In this document: positions 36,405-49,346 of the stretch, piece by piece
Layout: each line of letters opens with the position of its first letter
How positions within the stretch are numbered: position 1 is the first letter of the stretch
Notes under the pieces: generated by a model
Databases searched by the model: none
Seen by the model: the letters and a program-made list of their open reading frames with translations, nothing else
Told to the model about the DNA's origin: nothing
IMG/VR virus record: IMGVR_UViG_3300021426_000067
DNA length: 64,000 bases
Origin: a virus
Taxonomy: Duplodnaviria > Caudoviricetes
Direction: 5' to 3' (one strand)
Translations under genes and position numbers: made by a program

Positions 36405-37574
36405 ATGGGAACTGTAAAATTACATATTATAGGAATGGATATTCCAGCGGATAAAGGCACTAAAAGTGGTGATTATGCAGTTTTCTATGATGAACACGGT
36501 AACGCATTGGTATTAGATGCAGGTCAAAGACCTGCATCTGCCAAATTGCGTGAATGGATAAAGAAACAAAATTTTAAAAGAATATGGGCAGTAGGTACAC
36601 ATGCACACACAGACCACGTAAACGGAATCATTGATGGGATTTATGACCCTGATATTAAAATAGATAAAGTTTGGTGTGTAGATTATGAATATTTAAAAGT
36701 CTATATGTCTGATAAATATAAATCTAAACCTTGGTACACACAATTATGCAATATGTATAATAGATGTGGGAAAGGTTTATATGATTTATGTAAAAAAAAT
36801 AATATACCTGTAGGTATGTTAAAGACAGGTACACATATTAGAATGGGAGATATTCATTGTAAAGTATTATGGCAAAAATCAAGTTATGGAAGCCCTAACG
36901 ATGATAATACAGCAGGTAGTTATATTAACAATAGTTCTCCTGTTTTCTTATTTGATTTTGGATATTTTACAGCAGGTGATAATCATTTAACACATTCTGA
37001 AATTAGAAAATTATTACCTCAAGTTATTATTGCCCAAATACCGCATCATGGAAATTATGTAGATACAGAAGCCTTTAATAAATTAAATCCTAAAGCCGCA
37101 TGGTATAATTATGGTGAAGTAAAAGGTGCTATTGGAAAAGATAAAGGATTTACTTCATGGACTATTCCTAAATTAACTAAAAAGGGAATAGATATTTGGA
37201 ATAACTATGCTCATGGTGATTTAGATATGATATTTACTGATAAAGAAGTAACTATCAAAAGTAAGAAAAAAGGTAGTAAAACTTATTCTTTAGATAATTA
37301 TAAAAACTGGCAAAGAACTGATACTGAATTGGCGGTTGAGGTTATGCTTGGTAAATGGGGGAGCGGCGATGCAAGAAAAAATGCTCTTGGAACGAGATAT
37401 AGTAATGTGCAAAATATAATTAATAATTTTGTAAAAGATGAGAATATGATGTTAAATGCGATGGCTGATTATGTTATCCGTGGTCTTGCAGGTAATGATG
37501 AAACTCGTAAAAATAACTTAAAAGGTTATTATACAAAAGTTCAAGATATTATTAATGAAAGGTATAAAAAATAA
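36405..37574 (+). CDS. Metallo-beta-lactamase-fold hydrolase with CW_7-like repeats (paralog of 24632-25903)
   Basis: THAHTDH, NNSS, AGD, PHHG; LAVEVMLGKWGSGDARKNALG..Y..VQ..IN. Confidence 0.8.
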   Translation: MGTVKLHIIGMDIPADKGTKSGDYAVFYDEHGNALVLDAGQRPASAKLREWIKKQNFKRIWAVGTHAHTDHVNGIIDGIYDPDIKIDKVWCVDYEYLKVYMSDKYKSKPWYTQLCNMYNRCGKGLYDLCKKNNIPVGMLKTGTHIRMGDIHCKVLWQKSSYGSPNDDNTAGSYINNSSPVFLFDFGYFTAGDNHLTHSEIRKLLPQVIIAQIPHHGNYVDTEAFNKLNPKAAWYNYGEVKGAIGKDKGFTSWTIPKLTKKGIDIWNNYAHGDLDMIFTDKEVTIKSKKKGSKTYSLDNYKNWQRTDTELAVEVMLGKWGSGDARKNALGTRYSNVQNIINNFVKDENMMLNAMADYVIRGLAGNDETRKNNLKGYYTKVQDIINERYKK

Positions 37575-39148
37575 TGGCAAATAAAATAGTTTTTGACTTT
37601 TCAGAACATAATACTTTTTCAAAATCCGATTGGGATAAAATGAAAACTATGTATGATGAAGGAAAACTTCATGGAATTATTCTTAGGATTGGACTAAGAG
37701 GTTCTCTTAAGGATAATCCAGAATACTATGGAAAGATTCGTTATGATTTTAAATTTAAAGATTTCTTAGCGGAGATTAAAAAGAGAAATATTCCATATAG
37801 TGTTTATTTTTTCCCTACTTCTATTACATAGACAGAAGCGCATGAATAGGGAAAATGGTTGGTTTAGGCTTTAAAAGATAATAAAGTAGAGCCTTCTATT
37901 CCAATTTGTCAAGATTCTGAAGTTGTAGATAGTAAAAATAAAAAAGGAAGGGCGGATAAACTTCCAAAAGCAGATAGAACTAAATTTATTAATATTATAA
38001 ACCAGCATTTAAAAGATGCGGGGTACAAATATGGAGTTTATGCTTCTACTTCTTGGTTTTATGATTGTTTAAATGATAAAGACTTATTATAGGGAACCTA
38101 TAGATGGGTGGCGCAATATGCTTCTAAATGTACTTATAAAGGCATTGTTAATATGTGGCAATATACCAGCGGTTATTCTTTAAATGGTAAGCATGTTGAT
38201 GCAAGTTATTGCTATTCTGAAATTAAAACTGCGGAGGCGCTGCCAATAGAAGAAAAGAAAGAAGAGCCTATGAAAACTAAAAAGAAAATAACTGAAGCGG
38301 ATTGCATTGATAAAATGATTGAAATTGCACTTGCGGAAGTTGGCTATTTATAGAAGAAATCTAATTCAAATTTATATAGTAAGACTGGAAATGCGGGGTC
38401 TAATAATTATACTAAATATGGTTATTAGCTTCATAAAATTCAATCAAGTAATATGGACTTCCCTGCCGCTTGGTGTGATGCTTTTGTAGATTGGGTAGTG
38501 TTAGAAACATGTAAGGCTTTTGGTAGAGGAATCGCGGAAGCCAGAAAAGTAATATGCGGTGATTTTGATGATTATACTGTTTATTCCGCAAACTATTATA
38601 AGAAAAAAAATAGATGGTTTACTAAACAACCTAAAAAGGGTGACCAAATATTCTTTAAAAACTCAAGTGGTATTTGTCATACAGGTATTGTATATAAAGT
38701 AGATAGTTCAACAGTTTATACTGTTGAAGGCAATACTTCAAATGCGTCAGGCGTAGTTGCAAATGGCGGAGGCGTCGCTAAAAAATCTTATAATCTGGGT
38801 TATAGCAAGATCGCAGGCTACGGTAGACCAGATTGGAGCGAGATAGTTGGAACCGAAGTCAAGGTATCTGACAGTCTAAAACCTGCGACTTCCGCATCTT
38901 CTTTTACTGTCACTGGCAAAGTTTATCCTAATAAAACTCCTAAATTTAAAGGAGTGGTAACCGCATCTTCACTTAATGTGAGAGCATGGGCGGGAGTTGA
39001 TGAAAAGAAAGTTTCATTCAGTCCGTTATTAAAAGGTAAAGAAATTCAAGTTTGTGATTCTATTTTAGATACTCAAGGAAATACTTGGTATTATATTAAT
39101 TACGATGGCAAATTTGGTTTCGTCAGTTCTGAATATATAAAAATATAA
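37574..39148 (+). CDS. Endolysin: GH25 muramidase + CHAP-like + SH3, 524 aa with 6 TAG
   Basis: FDFSEHN, DSE, WVAQY, WQYTS (GH25); AWCDAFVDW, HTGIV, EGNT, GYGRP (CHAP); SLNVR...GFVSSEYI (SH3); three ORF fragments in frame. Confidence 0.88.
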
Positions 39149-39157
39149 TAAAAAAAA

Positions 39158-39197
39158 TGGGTAGATACTATAAAAAGTATCTACCCTTTATTTTTTT
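39158..39197. terminator. Bidirectional terminator between convergent operons
   Basis: gggtagatact/agtatctaccc hairpin flanked by A- and T-runs. Confidence 0.75.
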
Positions 39198-39199
39198 GC

Positions 39200-39562
39200 T
39201 TATTTGTATTGATAATCAATATATACATTACTATCTGTTGGTTCAAGAAATTTTATTGAAACAATATGCACATCTTCTAATTCTAACATTCTTGTTTTTC
39301 CAATTTGAAATATTATAGGATTATCATTAGCATTTTCTTTTATTGCTACATGAGCATATTTATCTGGATCTGAGGGAGGCCAATAAACTCCATTTAAATC
39401 AAAATTAAAGTTCCCAGGATAATGAATTCCTATTTTAGTAATATAGTTTATAGGATTCTTACACTGAGCTTGAATACGTGAAACAACATCTTCTGTAGTT
39501 TCAAAAGCACCTCCCTAAAAAGGCCCTTGAATCTGACCAAAGAATCCATTAGTTGCCGCCAT
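39200..39562 (-). CDS. Small virion-associated protein (1 TAG), paralog of 9947-10228
   Basis: GAGGAGG RBS; GQIQGPF*GG...KIGIH...QIGKTRMLELED...IDYQY. Confidence 0.72.
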
Positions 39563-39580
39563 ATATTACCTCCTCAAACA

Positions 39581-42500
39581 TTATTTAGGTTGAATATTAA
39601 AACTTAAAGAACCAAATTCAATAGAAACTTCTGCATTTCCTGTTGGACTATTAGGATATGCAGATTTAGTAAATTTTTTCTTTCCACCTGATGTAGTCCA
39701 TGAGCCATGATAAATTTGAAGACTATATCCAAAAGGAGTCATCCATCCATTCACTTGTTTGTCGGCAGTAGCTGTATCTTGTACGGGATCAGCTTGCCCC
39801 CAAGAGTTATCGCTTCCTGCCAAATATTTACCATTTTGACGAACTTTATAATTAACTCCTCTTACAGTTATTGAAAATTTACTTGTATCTATTGGATTTT
39901 GAAAATGAATAGTACAATATACCATATTTTTATCATCATTTAAAAATCCATTTACTACAAAATTCCCTTCTAACTTAGGATTAGCTTGTGTTAAAAATGG
40001 ATGTATATTATTATTGATAATATTTGCCCAATCTGAATTGTCTGATTCAAGAATTTTTGACCAACGAGAATTATTTGATTCAAGAATATTAATCCAACGA
40101 GAATCATTTGGAAATTGAACCATATAATTCCAATTTGACCATTCTGAATTATAATAATATCGAGTTGCAATTTTACCATTTCTACTAATAGCAATTTGAA
40201 CGCAATTGTTAGCACTTGTTGTAGAACCCGCGTCAAAAATTGAACAAACAATTAATTTAAAATAAATATTAAATGGAGCATTTGCTATTGTTTGTGTTAC
40301 AGTTTGTCCATTATTTGTCCATGACATAGTTCCACCAGTGGCATAATAAGTGCCTGGAATTTTATAGTTATCTAAAGATACTAATATATTGTTTACGGCT
40401 TTATCAAAATCATAAGTAATTTTCTAACCAGGAGAAGCTAATACTAATCCTTTTTTAGTAATACCTTCTCCCATAACGCGAATATTAATACCGTCAGAAA
40501 TAATATAAGCATCATCTCTATCAATATTTTCTCCAATAATAATTGCATCTGTTGCATTTATTAAATGTTGCATTGTTTCACTTGAACTATACTCATTAAG
40601 ATTTGTATCATTTCGACCTATCACAAAAGCAACTTTTGGATTAATTTTTTCTAAATAATTAGGGTCTGTATGATTTGTATAAGTGTGGTGTTCAAGTTTA
40701 TAAATGTCTGGAGTTTTAGTAATTGAATTTGCGATTTGCGCCTGTGCGGCAGGTTCAATATCTCCTGGAGATAAAAAAGTAATATCTCCATGTTTAAATT
40801 CAGTTACTAAAGAAAAGTTATTATATCTTGTTCCCTGATTTATTTTTTCATTATAAGAAGTTACATTATAGTAGTGACTAAATTTTGAACTACAATTTAA
40901 AAATCTTACTGAAAAATGAGGATTATTAATAGCATCAAATACAAAAGTTTGTTCTTCAACAGGATAAGTAATTAAATCTTCATTTTTAAAATACATATTA
41001 AGATTGCCTGAAGTTGACTGTTTAATAGCATTAATCCAACTAATAAGATTATCATGTTGCTCTTTTATTCTACTATATTTATCCATCTCTTCTTCAGTTC
41101 CATCAATAAATTGATTTTGAGTTGGTAAGGTTGGTAAAAAGAATTTACAATTATTTTTGAAGAGATGCTATACATTTTCTGGGTTTAACAAGGTCTAAAA
41201 TCCGCCTACATGATCTATATGATAATGACTAACAATAACATGAGAAATAGGTGTAATTTGATTATTATCAATAGCTTGTTGAATTTTTGGTATTACATTT
41301 TCGATAAAACCTTTATTTGAAGCATCTACTAAAATAGTTGTTTGACCACAAGATACAATAAAACAATCTCCTTTAGTTTTAAAATTAGAATAATCAGGGT
41401 CTAATTGATTTGTTCCTTTAAAAGGTAAATAAATTTTCATCTAAGGAAGATTAAGTGTATCAATACTATTTTCAATTTGATTTAATCTTTCTTGCCAATC
41501 TATCTGTGCAGTTGCAGGGCGTTCATTTAAAGAAAAATTTAAAAGAATTGGGTCTACTACCTACACTAAAACAGGAATAGGTTTAGTAAAAGATTCCTCA
41601 TAAACGCTAAAGTTATGTGTTGATAAATCCTAAGTATCATCTAAAATATTAAATGTTATTCCAAATAATCCTGTTTCTACTGTTTTTGAAATACGTTCTT
41701 CATTTAAATTTAACCCATTTTCAGGAGTAACTTCTGCTTCATTTCTATAAACTTTAATTTTTCCTCTCATTATATTAGCATCTATTACTAATTTAGAAAT
41801 TAATTGAGTAGGAGATGCGGTAAAAGTTAACATTCCATTTGATATAATTCCAGAAGCATGATATCCATTATTAATAGTTGCTGAATCTTCATTTAAATTA
41901 AAAAGTTCAGTTCCAAAAGTACCTATCCAACGCCATTGATCTCTTTCATTAAAAGTAATATTGTCAGTACTTGCGGGTGGATCAAAATGCATTAAGAAAT
42001 TTCCAGATCCGTCTACCGCCACTCCATCAATAGAAGTTAAAGGATTAGGAGTTATAATTTGAGGTTTCTCATCTCCTTCCCATTGTACTTCTATTTTTTT
42101 ATCTGCATTTAAATTTATAGAAATTGGTCTTTTAAAGAAATTTTCAAAAATATCAATAACAGGATTATTGTTATTATTACTATCTTTTAAATTGTAAGTA
42201 ATAACTAAATTAGTTCCTTGTTTTTCTATATCTTTAATCCATTTTATAGGATTGTTTTCATTTAAAATTTGAGGATTTTCATTGTCATTCCATTTAAGGG
42301 AAAATAATCCTGTATCATTATTTAAAGTTGCAGAATCAATCCAACGTAGCTGAAGTCCGTTTTGACTGGTAATTTTTCTACCTGTGCTAAGTGTAGTTGT
42401 TATATTACCCTCTTGATCTATATCAACAGTTTCTATCCAACCGAATAAGTTAGATTCTTGAGGTAAAGCATTTGTAAAATTTACTTTTATTTTATTAGTT

Positions 42501-43645
42501 TGTGAATCAACTTCAATATTTCGAATAGAATTTAAATAAAATTTTTCAGTTTCATTTACAATCTGACTTCCGCTATCAGTATCTTGTTCAATTAAAGTAT
42601 TATATTTAACTGTAACTTCACCAGTCTATTTGTTAAAAGATATATCATCTATCCATCTTATAGGGGTTGAATTAATTTGTTCTATATTATTATCATTCCA
42701 TTGAGTTTGTAAAAGACCCTCATTAGAAAGAGTCATATCTTTAACCCATTTTATTTTTGTATCAGGGTTTATTACAATCGGACCATCATGAAGATAAGTA
42801 ATTCTTATAGAACCATCTTCCTAAAGACTAATATTTTCAATCATATTATAATCGCCAAGATATATTTTTTTAGATTCTCCTTCTTCTGAATTATCATAAT
42901 TATGATATTCATAAATTAAAATTTGTCGATGATTTTCACGATCTTCACGTTGTTTATTGTCTCCATAAGGTTCTACCCCATCATTTTCATCTGCTGTAAT
43001 AACTTGTAAATTTTTAAAACTATCTCCTTTAATACCATTTGGTATATCTAATTGCCATTTTTCATAAAAAGGATGTGAACCATCGTCAATTCGATTAGCT
43101 GCAATATCAACGTAAGGATCTACTTTCTTAAGTGTAAAATCTATTACAGGATATGGAAAGGTAAATCCAATATAAGCTATTGTATTAGTTTTTGTTTCAG
43201 CATCTCTTAAGGAGCAGCAGTGCCAAGAAATTTCATCATGAAAATCATTTCCCTATTTACCTGGAACTAAACTATGATTAGTTAAAGTATAAGAACCATT
43301 ACTAAATCTTGTATCGAATCCCTGATTATCTTTATATTGTTGATATTTTTGTTCAACATCCGCCTCAGTTGTCATCTAAACTTCAGGAGAACCTCCAGCA
43401 GGACCAACAATTGTTCCTATATATTCCGCGCCACCCTGACTGTTTGTATATTCATAACCGCGACGATAAATTTTACCATTATCTTCGCTATTTTTATCTT
43501 GTGTATTAATTATAACATATTCATCATAATGCACATCAGTATAGTTTGGTCCTTTTTTAAAATCATCGACCATATCCTGCACAGTTGGAAAATTCTTAAT
43601 TATGATGAATGAGTTACCTGGTCTTCCGCCATAAAAAGAATACAT
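39581..43645 (-). CDS. Large structural protein with internal MBL-fold hydrolase domain, 1354 aa with TAG readthrough
   Basis: Fragments 43376, 41630, 41195, 40424 and 39581 share one frame; MYSFYGGRPG start; SHYHIDH, PGD and LEHH motifs; WSNW fibre-type motif near the C-terminus. Confidence 0.78.
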
Positions 43646-43647
43646 AT

Positions 43648-44337
43648 TTAATCCTCCTCTTGAGTATATTCAAAATCTAAAATAAAATAATCAATTAAAC
43701 TTCTGGGCACAAACCCAATATAAGTAATTTTAATTTTATTATTATTAAGTTCATAAATTCCATTTTTACCTAATCGAATTTGTTCTCTATTAATACAAGT
43801 TAATAAAGAGGGTGGACCTTGGATACCTATTTTAGTTAAATATCTTACATTTGAATTATTGGCGGTTAAACGTCCCATTATATTAATTAATTGAGCAAAT
43901 TCTTTAATTTCGATTTGAATTTGTCTTGAAGTTTTTCTATAGTCATCCGTAGTTCTTTGTAATTCCCAAACAATTTGATTATAACTATTATTTGGGGCGA
44001 TTATAATTTCTAAAGGTACGGTTTCTTCATCCCCTGCACCTATTTCAAATATTTCAATTAATTGTTCATTGTCTTCTGTTGCTTGTGTATCTCGTAATTT
44101 TAAACGAATAATTTGAATATTATCTACATTTTTCTTAATATTAAAACGAATATAATAACAATTAGTATTATTCATCGTTAAATTACCTTTTAGATTTAAA
44201 CAAGGATTTGTGAAAACAACATCATTAACGGCAACAGTAGTTGTAGATTGCGTTCCTATTTCATAATTTGTATTTTCTTCAAAAGGAATAAAATATTGTT
44301 CCTATGTAGAACGTCTATATTGCCCAATTTTATACAT
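43648..44337 (-). CDS. Putative structural protein (1 TAG)
   Basis: AAGGAG RBS, ATG 44337; C-terminal KIGIQGPP..IRLGKNGIYEL..ILDFEY. Confidence 0.72.
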
Positions 44338-44357
44338 AATCTCCTTTTTCCTCCTTA

Positions 44358-46412
44358 TTAAATTCTTTCTAATGCTTTCACGCAAGATAAACTCATTGTA
44401 CCATCAGTGCCTAATGGTAATGAAATTGAGTTAATCATATAGTCTCCATATATACCTACTTCTAAATTTCTAACAGTAATTCTTACATTCGGTTCTAAAT
44501 AATAAATTGGTATCACTGTTAAAGAAATTTGTTCATTATAGCTGGTGTATTGGTAAAGTTCTTTTCTCATTTCTTCATAAGCAGATCTTAAAACTCCTCC
44601 ATTAGCTAACATAGAATAGGTATCAGGGTCCATTTGAACAAATTCTTGTTTCATATGGATACACTGCTATCTTAACTATGCGACATCTTCATCATCAGTA
44701 TTTATGATAACAATATCTGGATTATCTGGTTCAAATATGCAATTAATTGAGTCATCTACTAAAGTAGTCGTTCTACGACCTATATTATTTACGCTAAATT
44801 CTGAAATTGAACTTGGAGTATCTATAAAATCTAAAAAGAAATCTATATCGCTCGGTTCGGTAATAACATCACCATAAAATTCTTTTTTAGATATATCATA
44901 TAATTTAGGCCACTCATTCTTAAGTTCAGTAAAATAATAATTACTTGTTAATCCTAAGGGTTCACTCGCCACTCCTGATAAATATAACTAAGTTCTATAA
45001 TCAGTTGATTCTACTGAAGTTAATTCATAATTAGTCTCTTCGTATTCATTTTTAACTGGATTCCATTTATAAATAGTTTTAGTTTCGTCTGCATAATAAT
45101 ATTGATCAAATAATCCCGGCACTGGAAAGTCATCTTTTGTTAAAAATTTAATAGGCGCTTTAGCTGCGGGTTTCATAATTCCATTTTCTGGATCAGTATA
45201 AAAAAATATATCAGTATAAACATTTCCAGTTTGAGGTTTTTCATCAATAGCTAAATGATATCTAATAGGAATTTCTTGTCCATCTATTGAAATCCTTTTT
45301 CCCCATATCATAAAATCATTTTTTATTTGCTGATACTGTGGAGCATTGGTGTAAGACTGAATTATATCAGCGCCCTAAAAAGTATATACTGACTTGCCGC
45401 CCGCATAATCAACTAAATAATTGTCGGCATTTATCTAATTAATTTTAAAAGTTGAATATGAAGTATTTAAATAATTCTTTATCTATTGGAATCTAAAATT
45501 TCCTTCTATATCATAGAAATATTCATAATTTCCTAAAGTATCTTTAATTTGATCTAAAATGGTAACTACTGTATCTCCCGCGTTTCCTATTAATTCTCCA
45601 GGATAAGTAAAATCAGTAAGTATATATCCCACATCTTGCCCATAATTAAAACTTGTAAGATTTTTTTCTATTTCTTCTTGAGTTTTATTTTTAGTAAGTT
45701 CATTATAATTAGTTGAATAACGATAATAAATATTATTATTTTCATTATCAAATTCTTGATATAAATAGATAGGAATAGAACCAGTCCATTTCATTACTTT
45801 TTTAATGCGGTTATCTATATCACTAATAATAATTTTCCCAAGTTGCTAACCGCCAAAATGATTTACTAATTCTTGAATAATTTGATAAATAGTTGGTTCA
45901 ATAATAATTCTATCACCATTTACATCTACATCCTACATTTCATGGAATACTACTGATGCGGGGAGGACTCCTCCGCACTATCCATTTAATAAAGCCATTT
46001 TATCATGTAAAGTTAATGAAATATTAATTCCACTTGAATTATAAGTTATATTAGGAGTTACGATAACATATACACCTTGGGGAAACCATAAAATAGGAAA
46101 TTCTTTATATTCATCTGTTGTATTAGTAAAACCTACTAATAATTCAACTTTTTTATTTATACTTAATAAATGTTTTGTGTCAGTTAGATCATTCTAATAA
46201 GGGTCTGCTACTAAACTAATGTTACCTGTTCTCCGCATACTGGAAGAACCATCTAATGAAAGATTGCCGCCCGTAGCTTTTCCTTGTATCTATTGAATAG
46301 GTTGCTAATCAAAAGTTAGAACGATTAATTTAATAAATTGCTATTTTAATTTAATTTTATCAAAGTTTTTAAGAAAGACGGAATCTTTTAAATATGGAAA
46401 ATTATGTTTCAT
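44358..46412 (-). CDS. Putative baseplate/tail protein (DUF5048-like), 684 aa with many TAG
   Basis: Four ORF fragments in frame; IQGKATGGNLSLDGSSSMRRT, DKMALLNG*CGG, ELVNHFGG*Q, PIYYLEPNVRI. Confidence 0.78.
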
Positions 46413-46413
46413 A

Positions 46414-49287
46414 TTAATAGACCCCCTTTACAACTTGACAAGTATAATTAACAATAGCATTAATTGGATGTAACATTTCTCCAGTTCCATGTTCTCCAAC
46501 AAAGAAAGGATACCAAGCATTATGATAATAAATATATTTATTTGAATTTAAAAATTTTTCTTCAATAATTAAAATAAATTTATCATCAGTCTATTCAACA
46601 TGTTCTTCATCCATTAATAAAATAGGATTAAATCCAGCTCCTATGTCATTTTCATCAATTTCTAAAACTGTTTTAGTAATTTGATAGACTCCATTAGGCA
46701 TTGGATTTTCTACTTCATAAAAATTACTATATTCGCCTGCCATAATGGTATATTCTCCTTCTTGAGTTGCGGTAGTATCAGAAGTATCTTGCTTTTGTCT
46801 TAAAAGTATTCCTGAAAAATATAAATCTGTGATTGCCGCATCTTCGTCTCTTAATTGAAGGTATCCATTCTATAAAACATGTCTATCAAAATCATCATCT
46901 TTAGAGTCTTTTATATAGACTATTGTACCAGGCGGCGCTTCAATATCAATCCCATCAACATCAACTAAGTATTGATAAGAAGCATTATATATTTCTCTAT
47001 ATTTATTATAGATTTTTTTCATTAAAGAATCTTGAGGATTAAAAGTTCCATATAATTGTCCTGGTTTATAATAATTATAAGTAGTTTTAGCTACTTTTGA
47101 AACGTCCTCTTTTTCTTCTAATTTTACTACATAATCAATAGTAGCAGTTACAGGGTATTTAAATTTCAAACTGGTAATATAAGTATTATCTTCTTTTAAT
47201 TCAAAATATCCTAAATTTATAATCTAATATGCTGTTTCATCTATATTAGATCTTTTTCTTTCCATTTTAGGGGTAATAAGCATTTCAACCCCATTAATTT
47301 CTACTACATATCCCATTAAACGTCTTAGTGTAGTAGGGGTTGATGCAGTTATTTGAACTAATTGATTTCCCTGCTCAACAACAACATATGGAGCTGATTC
47401 AAAAGTTAATTTTAATGAAGTTAATCCTTTTACTTCATTTAAATAACCTTCATTAGCAGAACTACTATATTTATTTGTTAAAATAGTATTTAAAATGTTT
47501 CCATCTTCAGGTTTAAAATTTTTTTGAACTTGACCTAATAATTCATGAGTATATGTAACCTATGCCTAATATTTTCCTACTGTTTGAATACCATATTTTT
47601 CACAGTTGCGGACAGTTACTTCATCTATTTCTACAGCGGTTGCAGTAAAAGAATATAATTTTCTACCTAAAGATTCAACAGGTTGAAAATCAATATTCAT
47701 CAGTTTAATTAAAATATTACCTTCTGCCGCAGACCTAAATAATTTTATATTATGTTTATATAAAAATTCATAAACCTTGTCTCTAAACTATTTTTCATAA
47801 ATAAAATCATAGTAATCTGAGATTCCATTCTATTGATTATATGTATCATATAAAGATTTACTTTCTTTATAAATTTCTCTTTTAGAAGTAAATAATTTTA
47901 ATTCATTTTCTGAGTTATGAAATTGTCCATCATAAAAATGAGGATCATACCAGTTTGTGGTATCTGATAGAAAAGAAATTAATCCACCAATAGGAAAAGT
48001 TCTAAAGTAATTGTTTCCATTTCTATTGATATATGGATATTTAGCACCAATAGTAACTTGTTGAGATTCTGTAACATTATATTTAAATTCATTTAAAGAA
48101 GGATTAAATTTAATACATAATTGTTCATTTTCTCTTGTTAAGAAAATATCTTCAAATTCACATATTGCAAAATTTGAAAATATAGTTTGTCCGCGGGCGC
48201 CATATGTATTTCGTCTATGAGCGCAGTAGCGATACCAGACTCCACTTTCGATTGTAAAATCTTGCCACTATAAATCTAATGTTTCTTCATTTATATATAC
48301 TATTGTTTTAACATCTTCCCATTTCTTAAAGTCACTTTTAGAAGAAGTTCTTCTAATAGTTAAGTTTCCCATAAACCCTTGACCTTCTGTTTTGGACTTT
48401 ATATTAATTACCATTGTTCCATTTTCTTTATTTGGAGAAGCGGTAATATCTGCATTTAATGGGTCAGCGCCTTCATCTATTATTATAAATTGATATTTTT
48501 TAGTTTCTGTGTATAGATTATTTGTGGTGTATTTAAATTTCATTATATAATGTACACCTTCTACGAAATCATATAATACCTAATAATTAATTTCGTTTGG
48601 ATTATGCGGATTCGTATAAATCTAATCACTTTCCCAAAGGGGTGTTTCAGGATCCTAATTATTATACAGTTTTATTTGATAACTTTTTAAACATTCTTTA
48701 TCATTAGGATCTGCAAAAACGACTGAACCAATAATATCAGTTAAAGATGTTGACAAGGTAGTTTCTTGGAAATCAGCATTTAAATCTCTATTATCATCAA
48801 GACCTTTTAAAACAAGGGTTGGACTTGATATTGCTTTTACTAAACAAACTTTAGACCATTCTGAAAAGTTATCTTGATTTTCTTTTAACCAAACCGCATC
48901 ACCTTTTTCTGAATTATAGCTCTCTTTACAAAATCTTAATTGAGCTTTATAAAATTGATTTAATCCAAAAAAAGTCTAATTTGATCCATCATTTTTTAAA
49001 TCTGATAAATTTATTGAAACAAAATATTTATAATCATTAGTTGAATCATTAATAGTTGCTTCTTCCCAAGAAACATTCACAATTTTTGTCCCAGTTGGCC
49101 AGCTTTCAAGATTTAATACTGAAGCGTTTGTCTTTAAATCAATTAAAGATATTTGAACAGATTTTATATCACTACTTTTATTAAAAGAAGATAATCCAAA
49201 ATAAATATCACAACTTCCAGTATTTTTAAAGGCAGGCTGTGTATCATATACTATGGGAGGATAAAGATTATTAAATATATTACTCAT
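46414..49287 (-). CDS. Putative structural protein, 957 aa with many TAG
   Basis: Fragments 48976, 48268 and 46870 in frame; NNLYPP start; FSEWSKVCL and TIGAKYPY..RNG motifs. Confidence 0.75.
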
Positions 49288-49346
49288 TATAACAGCCTCC
49301 TTTTTTTCTATTTTTCATATATGTATCTCCTTTTTTCTCCTTAGCC

